Source: Flavobacteriales bacterium | GTDB lineage: Bacteria; Bacteroidota; Bacteroidia; Palsa-965 | Direction of reading: 5' to 3' | Assembly: GCA_040377305.1 (NCBI GenBank) | Contig: JBEIPA010000001.1 | Location: forward strand, 1 to 64,000 | Length of the DNA: 64,000 nt | Part shown: positions 39,549 to 49,993 of the stretch, in pieces | How positions within the stretch are numbered: position 1 is the first letter of the stretch | How the letters are laid out: every line of letters starts with the position of its first letter | The notes under the pieces: model-generated | Told to the model about the DNA's origin: nothing | Database searches by the model: none | Seen by the model: only the letters and a program-made list of their open reading frames with translations | Made by a program: the position numbers and the translations under genes

Positions 39549-39953
39549 ATGAACTACTGGCTCGTTAAATCAGAACCATTCAAATATTCCTGGGAGAAAT
39601 TCACTGCAGACGGAAACGCCGTGTGGGATGGAGTCCGGAATTACGCTGCGCGACTACACCTGCGCGCAATGAAAAAAGGTGATCTCGTACTGTTTTACCA
39701 CAGCAATGAAGGCAAAGAAGTAGTCGGTATTGCTAAAGTGGCTAAAACGGCCTACCAGGATCCAACTACCGAAGAGGATTGGAGCGTGGTCGATCTGAAA
39801 CCGGTGAAAAAACTGAAGAAATCAGTTCCTCTTTCCGACCTGAAAAAGGAAAAAATGCTTGCGCAGGTCCCGCTTATACGCATCCCGAGATTAAGTGTGA
39901 TGCCATTGACCGAACCTGAGTTTTCGAAGATCGTAGAGATGGGATCGCTTTAA
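39549..39953 (+). CDS. EVE domain protein
   Basis: YWLVKSEP..WDGVRNYAAR..MKKGDLVLFYHS..RLSVMP motif. Confidence 0.9.
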   Translation: MNYWLVKSEPFKYSWEKFTADGNAVWDGVRNYAARLHLRAMKKGDLVLFYHSNEGKEVVGIAKVAKTAYQDPTTEEDWSVVDLKPVKKLKKSVPLSDLKKEKMLAQVPLIRIPRLSVMPLTEPEFSKIVEMGSL

Positions 39954-40062
39954 ATCTAAGGTTTAAGCTAGCCTCCTGCCGACTGATTTCTGCCACTTGT
40001 CAATTCCCCGACGAATATCGATTCGGAAACCTTACTTTTGGCACCTCTTATATCAGACCAAA

Positions 40063-42423
40063 ATGCGCAGGTTTTTTATCTCTTTTTTAGCTCTATTTCT
40101 CTTCTCAGTTTCGGGATTCGGCCAAACGGCAACTATTCGTGGAACGGTGTACAGTGAAAGTACCGGAGAAGCTGTTCTATTCGCACTCGTATTCCTCGAG
40201 GGAACTTCGTATGGAGTCCAAACCGATGTGAATGGATTCTATTCGCTTACAAAAATTCCTGCCGGAACATACACACTGGCTGCGCAACAGGCCGGTTACG
40301 AACCGCAAAAAATACTGATCACTGTTAAAGCAGGTGATATTGTAACGCAGAATCTCACGATCAAACCACGCATTATGAAAGTGGTTGAGATTTCCGATTC
40401 AAGAACAGAGAAAGTTGAAAATCCTGCTGTTGGTAAAACAACTATGGATCGTAAAGACATCAATCGCGTAGTTGCTATTGGTGGTGTTGCCGATATCGCT
40501 CAGTCGGTACAGGTGCTTCCGGGTGTTGTAAGCTCGGGTGACCAGGGCGGACAACTTTACATTCGCGGTGGTACGCCGATTCAGAACAAAGTATTACTCG
40601 ACGGAATGATCATCTACAATCCATTCCACTCCATCGGTCTTTTCTCTGTATTTGATACTGACATCATCAAGAATATGGACGTGTACACCGGTGGTTTCAA
40701 TGCGGAGTATGGCGGTCGCGTTTCTTCGGTAATGGACATCACAACACGTGATGGAAACCGCAAAAAGTTCGGAGGAAAAATCACAGTATCTCCTTTCGGT
40801 TCTAAGCTCATGATTGAAGGTCCAATTCAGCGCATGAACGATTCTTTGGGACGTGGTTCAATCAGCTACATGCTTTCAGCAAAGAACTCTTATCTCCAGC
40901 AAACTTCGAAAGTGTTTTATAAATACGTTGACACCAACGGACTACCCTTCAACTTCGCCGATTATTACGGAAAAGTTTCCTTCAATGGCACATCTGGTTC
41001 ACGCTTGTCATTGTTCGGATACAACTTCAATGACCGTGTAAACCGCTACAAAGGTTCTGCCGATCTCAATTGGAAATCGTGGGGCTTCGGAAGTGCATTT
41101 CAGGTAGTACCGTCAGGATCAACAACACTGATCCGCGGAAACTTTGCGTATTCGAGTTACATCATCAGTATGTTGGAGGATAATTACTCTCCGCGAACAG
41201 ACTCCGTTGATGGATTCAACCTCGGCCTGAACTTCACATATTTCCAGCGTAAGAACGTTGTAAATTATGGAATTGAAGTACTGGGATATAAAACCGTTTT
41301 CGAGTTTGAGAACAGTGTACATCGCAAAATTGGTCAGACAGAAAACACAACCGAGTTCGCGGCATACCTGAAGTACAAGTGGGTGTCACGTGATCTGGCA
41401 AAAGACTCGCTGAAGAGCCGAACACTCGTTCTTGAACCTGGTTTCCGGATTCACTATTATGCGTCCCTGTCGAACGTTTCTCCCGAACCACGATTGGCAT
41501 TCAAGTACAACCTGACTGACAAAGTTCGTTTACGCGGTGCATTCGGAATGTATTCGCAAAACCTGATCGCTGCAACATCTGACCGTGACGTAGTAAACCT
41601 GTTCTACGGAATTCTTTCAGGATCAAACAACCTTCCACGCACATTCACCAATGAAGATGGACAAGTTGTTGATGTAACGCACAAACTCCAGAAAGCGAAC
41701 CACTACATCTTCGGTATTGAGTGGGATCCGATTGACTCTACGCAAAAATTCGGCAACCTTGAATTCACGGTTGAAGGTTACCTGAAAGATTTCACTCAGC
41801 TGACAAACATCAACCGTAACAAACTTTACGAAGACACGGAAGACAACGCTGATCAGCCAGACATTCTCAAGAAAGATTTCATCATTGAAACTGGCCGCTC
41901 TTATGGTGTTGATTTCGTGATGAAGTATACGTACGGAAATTTCTACCTGTGGACTGTTTATTCGCTTGGATATGTAAAGCGTTGGGATGGTTTGCAGACT
42001 TATCGCCCGAACTTTGATCGTCGTCACAACGTGAATGTGGTGAGCTCTTATATTTTCGGCAAAGACGATAACTGGGAAGTGGACGTACGGTGGAATTTCG
42101 GCACTGGATTCCCTTTCACACCAACACAAGGATTCTACGAAAGCCTAAGTTTCGACAACATCACGACCGATTACATGACTCAGAACGGTGATATGTCAAT
42201 TCTTTACGGTGACCTGAACTCTAAACAATTACCAACTTATCACCGAATCGATATTACGATCAAGAAATGGTGGGAATTCAGCGAGTTCTCGAAATTGGAA
42301 ATCGCGGCAGGTTGCACGAATGCTTACAATCGTGCGAACGTATTCTACTTCGATCGTGTTGCTTATAAGCGAGTTAACCAGTTGCCGATTATGCCTAGCT
42401 TGTCGATGAACTACTCCTTTTAG
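40063..42423 (+). CDS. TonB-dependent receptor with N-terminal carboxypeptidase-like regulatory domain
   Basis: Signal peptide; LPGVV..YIRGG..GGFNAEYGGRVSSV plug; barrel ending YSF. Confidence 0.9.
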   Translation: MRRFFISFLALFLFSVSGFGQTATIRGTVYSESTGEAVLFALVFLEGTSYGVQTDVNGFYSLTKIPAGTYTLAAQQAGYEPQKILITVKAGDIVTQNLTIKPRIMKVVEISDSRTEKVENPAVGKTTMDRKDINRVVAIGGVADIAQSVQVLPGVVSSGDQGGQLYIRGGTPIQNKVLLDGMIIYNPFHSIGLFSVFDTDIIKNMDVYTGGFNAEYGGRVSSVMDITTRDGNRKKFGGKITVSPFGSKLMIEGPIQRMNDSLGRGSISYMLSAKNSYLQQTSKVFYKYVDTNGLPFNFADYYGKVSFNGTSGSRLSLFGYNFNDRVNRYKGSADLNWKSWGFGSAFQVVPSGSTTLIRGNFAYSSYIISMLEDNYSPRTDSVDGFNLGLNFTYFQRKNVVNYGIEVLGYKTVFEFENSVHRKIGQTENTTEFAAYLKYKWVSRDLAKDSLKSRTLVLEPGFRIHYYASLSNVSPEPRLAFKYNLTDKVRLRGAFGMYSQNLIAATSDRDVVNLFYGILSGSNNLPRTFTNEDGQVVDVTHKLQKANHYIFGIEWDPIDSTQKFGNLEFTVEGYLKDFTQLTNINRNKLYEDTEDNADQPDILKKDFIIETGRSYGVDFVMKYTYGNFYLWTVYSLGYVKRWDGLQTYRPNFDRRHNVNVVSSYIFGKDDNWEVDVRWNFGTGFPFTPTQGFYESLSFDNITTDYMTQNGDMSILYGDLNSKQLPTYHRIDITIKKWWEFSEFSKLEIAAGCTNAYNRANVFYFDRVAYKRVNQLPIMPSLSMNYSF

Positions 42424-42592
42424 GAAATAGGAAATAGGCGATAGGTAATAGTCTGGTGATTACGTAAATAATACAGGCGATGGTGAAAACTGTCGCCTTT
42501 TTCATTCATGGAACATACTTCCGGATCGTTCCACGATTTTAGCTGACAAATCATCGTTTATCTATTGCCTATCGCCTATTTCCTATTGCCTA
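42421..42592. repeat. Inverted pair of 7-bp microrepeat arrays bracketing a terminator
   Basis: taggaaa taggaaa taggcga taggtaa tag (42421-42451) versus ctattgc ctatcgc ctatttc ctattgc cta (42562-42592). Confidence 0.8.
42474..42502 (+). terminator. Rho-independent terminator after the TonB receptor gene
   Basis: aggcgatggtgaaaactgtcgccttttt. Confidence 0.75.
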
Positions 42593-42627
42593 ATTCCGTA
42601 ACTTTGAATCCCGGTTATCGTCTGTAA

Positions 42628-44268
<1,641 letters not shown>

Positions 44269-44425
44269 TACGCGGATTGCGCGGATTAACCGGATCAATT
44301 TCCACTCGATTTTATTTGTTGTTCATTGAACATTGAGCGTTGAGCGTTGCTCATTTACACTCCTGCACACGTGTGAAGTAAAGTTTCAGTGGGCAATGTT
44401 CAGGGGGCAAGTGTCAAGTAAATGT

Positions 44426-44458
44426 AAAAAGAAAGCCCTCTGTGGGGTACAGAAGGCT
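44426..44458 (-). terminator. Terminator downstream of the putative 6S RNA
   Basis: Minus strand agccttctg-tacccca-cagagggct followed by ttcttttt. Confidence 0.65.
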
Positions 44459-44469
44459 CTTGTGCAGGG

Positions 44470-44592
44470 GTTCCAAATCTATTCGTAATCAGGTTTGCCG
44501 CCCGTCATTAAAATTTTATCCTAATCCAATGTACACCACTACTGAGCCGGAGATTTGTCTGCTTAGGTAACGGTACACGCGAATGAGGGAAC
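44470..44592 (-). ncRNA. ssrS: Probable 6S-Flavo (Bacteroidota 6S-like) RNA
   Basis: Complementary ends gttcc..attcg / cgaat..ggaac. Internal blocks tacctaag, gtggtgtaca, aaaatttt, ggcaaacctgatt and gatttggaac resemble the 6S-Flavo motif as I remember it. No ORF here, and a terminator follows. Confidence 0.65.
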
Positions 44593-44628
44593 GGTATGGC
44601 CAGACCGGACAAAACCACGACAAAACCT

Positions 44629-44883
44629 CTATTTCGTGGCTAAAACTGCCACTTTATCGAAGACATCAGACGAGATTTCGAGAGCGAACGGTTCGTAAGC
44701 AATCAACAAATCCATGATGTGATTGCGGTCGGGTAGGATTTTCGCCTCGTATTCGCTGAGTTCATACCGCGCCCCGATTTTTCTGATCTCCGTGAACTTG
44801 GTTGGACTATCAATACGAATCCACGTCAACCCGTTAGTGTACATGCGGTAAACTGGAAATTCGAAGTCATTCAGATTCATCAT
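44629..44883 (-). CDS. Small conserved hypothetical protein
   Basis: 84-aa ORF (FPVYRMY..FTEIRKIG) that fills the gap without overlapping other genes. Confidence 0.55.
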   Translation of the reverse strand: MMNLNDFEFPVYRMYTNGLTWIRIDSPTKFTEIRKIGARYELSEYEAKILPDRNHIMDLLIAYEPFALEISSDVFDKVAVLATK

Positions 44884-44957
44884 GATTTATTTCTCCGCAA
44901 CAACCGATTACCCCGAACTGAGAACCCAGAACTGAGAACCGTTAGCTTTGCAAAGCT

Positions 44958-47777
44958 ATGCAATCCTTCATCGGCAATACTGCAGAATATATTCTGGAAA
45001 AATATTCCAATCCGGAAGAACTCTGTGTTGTAATGCCGAACAAACGCGCGGGATTGTTTCTTAAAAAAGAAATTGCTTCACGTCTCCACAAACCAACGTG
45101 GTCGCCACATATAACTTCTATTGAAGATTTTGTTTTCACAATTTCCGATTTGCAGATTGCGGATAGTTCGGAATTGTTGCTCACACTATTCAGGCTGGTG
45201 AAGAAAACAAAAGGCCACGAAGAAGATCGCTTTGAAGATTTCTGCAAATGGGCGCCCTCCTTGCTCACAGATTACAGCGAGATCGATATGTGGATGGCAG
45301 ATCCCAAAAGTCTATTCTCCAACCTAGCCGACATCAAGGAAATTGAGAATTGGAGTTTGGGTGAAGAACATCTCACTGAGTTTCAGAAAAAATATCTGCA
45401 CTTCTGGGATCAGCTCGGCAACTGGTATTTCGCTTTGCGCAGTGAAATGCTTGCGAAGAAGAAAGCATGGATCGGGCTTGCGCATCGTATCGTGGCGGAA
45501 GATATTGCGCATAACAACAAGCTCAATCAGTGGAAGCATATTGTGTTTGCCGGATTCAATGCATTAAGCAGCACGCAAGAGAAAATCTTTTCCGTGCTTA
45601 GTGCAACCGGGAAAGCGAAAATACTTTGGGATGCCGATCGCTATTACCTCGAAGATCCGCTGAATGAAGCCGGATTGTTTCTGCGCCGACAACGTGAAAA
45701 ATTCTTCGGAGCAAAATCAGAAAGCGATTTTCAGCACGTAACGGATAATCTCGCAGGATCACCGAAGAATATCACGTTGATTGCTGCAGCCCGAAACGTG
45801 TCGCAAGCAAGAGCCGCGGCAACTTTCCTCACTGAGCAAGGAAAAGAATTTGTTGCTGATGAAACGGCTGTGGTACTCGCTGATGAATCTTTGCTGATTC
45901 CGGCGCTCAACGCCCTGCCACAACGTTTCACCGATGTGAATATCACGATGGGTTATCCGATGCGGAGCACACCGGTGTATACACTGCTGCAGATCGTCTT
46001 CTCGCTACAGGAAAACGCAGAACGCTTCGGAATATATTCCCGTGAGAAAGAACTGAAATTCTATCACCACGATATCATCCGCTTGTTGCGTCATCCTTAC
46101 TTCATCGCAACTTCGAAGCATCCCGATTCATTGATTGAAGTCATTCGCCAGATCGGCAGAAGAAACCTCACGTTCGCAACGGCCTCCCGATTGAAGGAAA
46201 TCGGTGGAGAACACTTTCAGCACTTACATTGGTTTAAGCCGTGGAAGGATGCTAAGGACTGCATTGCACAGCTACGGGAATTAATTGAAGAGCTCCGGAG
46301 TGAATTCGCCAGAAGAGACGAAGCTTCTCTGGATGTGGAGTATCTCTATCAGTTTCATCTCGCCCTGAATAAAATCACGACTCTCATTGGCGACTCTCCG
46401 GAATTTTCGAATGTAGCGGCAATAAAAGCGTTGATACTTCAGAATTTCGGGTCAGGAACAATTCCCTTCTCCGGTGAGCCACTCGCGGGATTACAGGTGA
46501 TGGGAATGCTCGAAACACGCTGTCTCGATTTTAAAAATGTAATTGTGGTTTCTGCCAATGAAGGTGTTTTACCTTCGGCAGGTTCACAGCATTCGTTCAT
46601 CATGTATGACTTGCGCAAAGCATTCAGTCTCCCGGTTCACCAGGAACGGGATGCATTGACCGCTTACAACTTCTATCGCCTGTTGCAACGCGCTGAAAAT
46701 ATTTGTCTCGTCTACAACACCGATCAGGACGGAATTGGTGCGAAAGAGAAGAGCCGGTATGTTTCTCAGATTGTATATGAATTACCGAAGCAAAACAAGC
46801 TGGTCAACATCAAACATCTCATCGCAGGTGCAGAGCTTGATGCAAGCGGTTTCTCGAAAACAATTTCAATCGAATCTTCCCCGGAAATCGCTGATCTGGC
46901 CGCAAAGAAAGCGCTGGACGGTTTTTCTCCTTCTCTCATCAACTTGTTTCGCGAGTGTCGCCTGAAATTTTACTTCCGTTACATCGCCGGACTGAAAGAA
47001 CTGGACGAAGTAGAAGAAAGTGTTGATCAGAATATGCTTGGCACCATCATGCACAAAGCACTGGAGAATTTGTATCGACCTTTCGTTGGAGTTGCACTTT
47101 CTCCCGAAAATCTCGAAGCGATGAACAAGCTCGTTTCTCCGGAAGTACTGAATGCGTTTAAGCGAGAATTTCCCGATGAAGAAGCTGATCGTGGAAGAAA
47201 TCACCTTGCACGAAAAATTGCTACGCGTTACATCACGCAATATCTCGAACAGGAAAAAGATCGGATTGAATCGCAGCTCGCGAAAAAAGTCAGCAACACC
47301 GTACTGGGGCTGGAAGAGGTCCTTACATACGAATCAACCATCGGAAGCAAAACTGTTTTGTTCAAAGGCAGCGCTGATCGTATCGACGAGATGAACAAAG
47401 CCATTCGCATTATCGATTATAAAACCGGAAATGTCGATGATAAGGATGTGAAGATTGACGACATCGCCTTGTTCACCACCACCGACGACAAAGGCAAAGC
47501 ATTTCAGTTGATGATGTATGCATGGCTCTATCTCAAATCAAGAAATGAGAACGCAGCAGTACAACCCGGTTTGATTTCTTTCCGCAGAAAAGACAAACGT
47601 TTGCTGGAACTGAAAACACCAACCGGAAATTTCCTCAACATGAAAAACATTGCAGGGTTCGAAGAGGCGCTGTTTGCAATCACGGAACAGATTTTATCGC
47701 CCACTACTACGTTTGATCAAACACCCAATGTGCAAATGTGCCGGACTTGCGAGTTTAATCAGATTTGCAGGCGTTAG
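44958..47777 (+). CDS. PD-(D/E)XK nuclease family protein (AddB-like, inactive helicase + nuclease)
   Basis: VVMPNKRA, GLQVMGMLETR, SPS..C..FYFRY, GSADRID..IIDYKTG and terminal CxxCxFxxxC motifs. Confidence 0.88.
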   Translation: MQSFIGNTAEYILEKYSNPEELCVVMPNKRAGLFLKKEIASRLHKPTWSPHITSIEDFVFTISDLQIADSSELLLTLFRLVKKTKGHEEDRFEDFCKWAPSLLTDYSEIDMWMADPKSLFSNLADIKEIENWSLGEEHLTEFQKKYLHFWDQLGNWYFALRSEMLAKKKAWIGLAHRIVAEDIAHNNKLNQWKHIVFAGFNALSSTQEKIFSVLSATGKAKILWDADRYYLEDPLNEAGLFLRRQREKFFGAKSESDFQHVTDNLAGSPKNITLIAAARNVSQARAAATFLTEQGKEFVADETAVVLADESLLIPALNALPQRFTDVNITMGYPMRSTPVYTLLQIVFSLQENAERFGIYSREKELKFYHHDIIRLLRHPYFIATSKHPDSLIEVIRQIGRRNLTFATASRLKEIGGEHFQHLHWFKPWKDAKDCIAQLRELIEELRSEFARRDEASLDVEYLYQFHLALNKITTLIGDSPEFSNVAAIKALILQNFGSGTIPFSGEPLAGLQVMGMLETRCLDFKNVIVVSANEGVLPSAGSQHSFIMYDLRKAFSLPVHQERDALTAYNFYRLLQRAENICLVYNTDQDGIGAKEKSRYVSQIVYELPKQNKLVNIKHLIAGAELDASGFSKTISIESSPEIADLAAKKALDGFSPSLINLFRECRLKFYFRYIAGLKELDEVEESVDQNMLGTIMHKALENLYRPFVGVALSPENLEAMNKLVSPEVLNAFKREFPDEEADRGRNHLARKIATRYITQYLEQEKDRIESQLAKKVSNTVLGLEEVLTYESTIGSKTVLFKGSADRIDEMNKAIRIIDYKTGNVDDKDVKIDDIALFTTTDDKGKAFQLMMYAWLYLKSRNENAAVQPGLISFRRKDKRLLELKTPTGNFLNMKNIAGFEEALFAITEQILSPTTTFDQTPNVQMCRTCEFNQICRR

Positions 47778-47789
47778 TTTGCCTGCGGC

Positions 47790-47953
47790 GCTTACCACGG
47801 CGACACGGTGAAACGGCGAAAATGCTGCACGTCCATTACTCAACCGGAGGACACGGGGTATTGAAGTGAATCGCCGAATCTCGCCGCACCTCCGGCTGGG
47901 AATCAACCATCAACACTAAGAAAACGCCGTAACGCCGCATCGCCGTGGTAAGC
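47790..47953. repeat. ~164 bp nested palindromic element
   Basis: Perfect 14-bp terminal IR gcttaccacggcga / tcgccgtggtaagc; inner caaccggagg / cctccggctg. Confidence 0.75.
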
Positions 47954-47994
47954 CGGCTGCAAGCCATGCGCGTTAATCCTTAACTTTGTTGTGT

Positions 47995-49827
47995 ATGTCA
48001 TATTCCTCTCTCGAACAATGTTTATTGGAACTCGAAGCGAACAAAATGCTCGTTCGTATCAAGGAGGAAATCGATCCCAATCTGGAGATGGCGGCATTGC
48101 ACATGCGTGTGTGTGAACAAGGTGGTCCTGCATTGCTTTTTGAGAATGTGAAAGGAACTTCTTTTCGTTGTGCGTCCAACATTTTCGGAACCAAAGAACG
48201 TGCTGCTTTTATTTTCCGCGATGGAATTAAGAAAGTACAACGCATGGTTGAAGTGAAATCGGATCCTGCTTCCATTCTCCGGAAACCATTCAGCAATCTC
48301 GATGTTCCGTTCACTGCGTTAAAAGCATTGCCGAAGAAGAAGTCAAGCGGACCTGTGATGTTTGGAGAAACGACAATCGACAAACTTCCGCTGATCAAAC
48401 ATTGGCCGATGGATGGTGGTGCATTCGTAACGCTGCCTATTGTTTACACCGAAGACATTGACAATCCCGGGGTCATGCAATCAAACATTGGCATGTATCG
48501 CATACAATTGAGCGGGAACGAGTATAAGCTCAACAAAGAAATAGGCTTGCATTATCAGTTGCATCGCGGCATTGGAGTACATCAATCGAAAGCGCATGCC
48601 AGGAATCTACCGTTGAAAGTTGCGGTGATTGTTGGCGGACCACCATCGCTCACATTTGGAGCAGTGATGCCTTTACCCGAGGGACTTTCGGAGTTGACAT
48701 TCGCCGGAGTACTCGGCAATCGCAGAATTCGTTACACACAACAGAATGGATTTTCGTTCGCAGCAGATGCCGACTTTGTAATCACCGGAGAAGTTCGCAC
48801 CGGCGAAAATAAACCGGAAGGTCCGTTCGGCGATCACTTAGGATATTACAGCCTCGCGCACGATTTTCCGGTGATGCGCGTGAACAAAGTTTATCACCGC
48901 AAGAATGCGATTTGGCCATTCACGGTTGTTGGTCGTCCGCCACAGGAAGATTCTGTATTCGGCTGGCTGGTACACGAACTCACTGGTTCTGCAATGCACG
49001 ATGAGATTCCGGGAATCAAAGCAGTTCATGCGGTTGACAATTCCGGCGTGCATCCACTGTTGCTCGCAATCGGAAGTGAACGATATACACCTTACGCGAA
49101 AGAAAGAAAGCCTGCGGAGATTCTTACGATTGCAAACCGCATCCTCGGAACCGGTCAACTTTCATTGGCGAAGTTCTTGTTCATCTGTGCTCAGGAAGAC
49201 AACGCGAAGCTTGACATTCACAATATGCGCGAGTTCTTTACGCACATGCTGGAACGAATTGACTTCACGCGCGATTTGCATTTCTACACGAAGACCACAA
49301 TCGATACGCTTGATTATAGCGGAACTGGCTTGAACGAAGGTTCCAAACTTGTTCTTGCTGCTGCCGGTGAAAAGAAACGCGAGCTGGCTGAAAGTATTCC
49401 AAACGTTTCGCTTCCCGATGGTTTTCATTCGCCCAAAATGGTTCTGCCTGGTGTGATGGTCATCGCCGCGAAAAAATTCACAAATCACGAAGCTGCGAAA
49501 CAGGAAATGCGTGTGCTGTCCGAAAAGCTGAACGATCAGAAAACTCAGCTGGCTGGAATTGCATTGATTACTCTCTGCGATGATTCCGAATTCACCGGCA
49601 AAAACGTTGACAACTGGATCTGGGTGACATACACGCGTAACAATCCATCGCATGATGTTTACGGTGTTGGAGAAACGATAGAAAATAAACATTGGGGCTG
49701 TACTGGTCCGCTACTGCTCGATTCAAGAGCCAAGCCTCATCACGCACCTCCATTGGTAAAAGATCCGGATGTTGAAAAGGCGATTGATCGGTTTTTCACT
49801 AAAGGAGCATCTCTCGAAAAGCACTAA
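47995..49827 (+). CDS. UbiD-family (prFMN-dependent) decarboxylase
   Basis: GPALLFENVKG, DGGAFVTLP, NIGMYRIQ, PEGPFGDHLGYY and TVVGRPPQED motifs. Confidence 0.92.
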   Translation: MSYSSLEQCLLELEANKMLVRIKEEIDPNLEMAALHMRVCEQGGPALLFENVKGTSFRCASNIFGTKERAAFIFRDGIKKVQRMVEVKSDPASILRKPFSNLDVPFTALKALPKKKSSGPVMFGETTIDKLPLIKHWPMDGGAFVTLPIVYTEDIDNPGVMQSNIGMYRIQLSGNEYKLNKEIGLHYQLHRGIGVHQSKAHARNLPLKVAVIVGGPPSLTFGAVMPLPEGLSELTFAGVLGNRRIRYTQQNGFSFAADADFVITGEVRTGENKPEGPFGDHLGYYSLAHDFPVMRVNKVYHRKNAIWPFTVVGRPPQEDSVFGWLVHELTGSAMHDEIPGIKAVHAVDNSGVHPLLLAIGSERYTPYAKERKPAEILTIANRILGTGQLSLAKFLFICAQEDNAKLDIHNMREFFTHMLERIDFTRDLHFYTKTTIDTLDYSGTGLNEGSKLVLAAAGEKKRELAESIPNVSLPDGFHSPKMVLPGVMVIAAKKFTNHEAAKQEMRVLSEKLNDQKTQLAGIALITLCDDSEFTGKNVDNWIWVTYTRNNPSHDVYGVGETIENKHWGCTGPLLLDSRAKPHHAPPLVKDPDVEKAIDRFFTKGASLEKH

Positions 49828-49993
49828 TAATCCGTGTACCTGAACCCCACTGGGTCGGTATTTGCACCGCTGTGTCACTTAACGTTTATTTGTAAAATCC
49901 CCGTCTTTTCCGCTCACATTTTGACACTTTTCGCGGTAACTTGCGTTATTACTACAATTCTCAATTAGTACTGTTTCACTGTTAATTTACGAC

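Noticed and set aside
39549-39953. EVE domain as part of a modification-dependent restriction system
   Set aside because: Stand-alone canonical EVE protein in core context, with no nuclease fused or adjacent.
44958-47777. Cas4 or anti-phage nuclease
   Set aside because: Length and architecture fit the housekeeping AddB-like recombination subunit.
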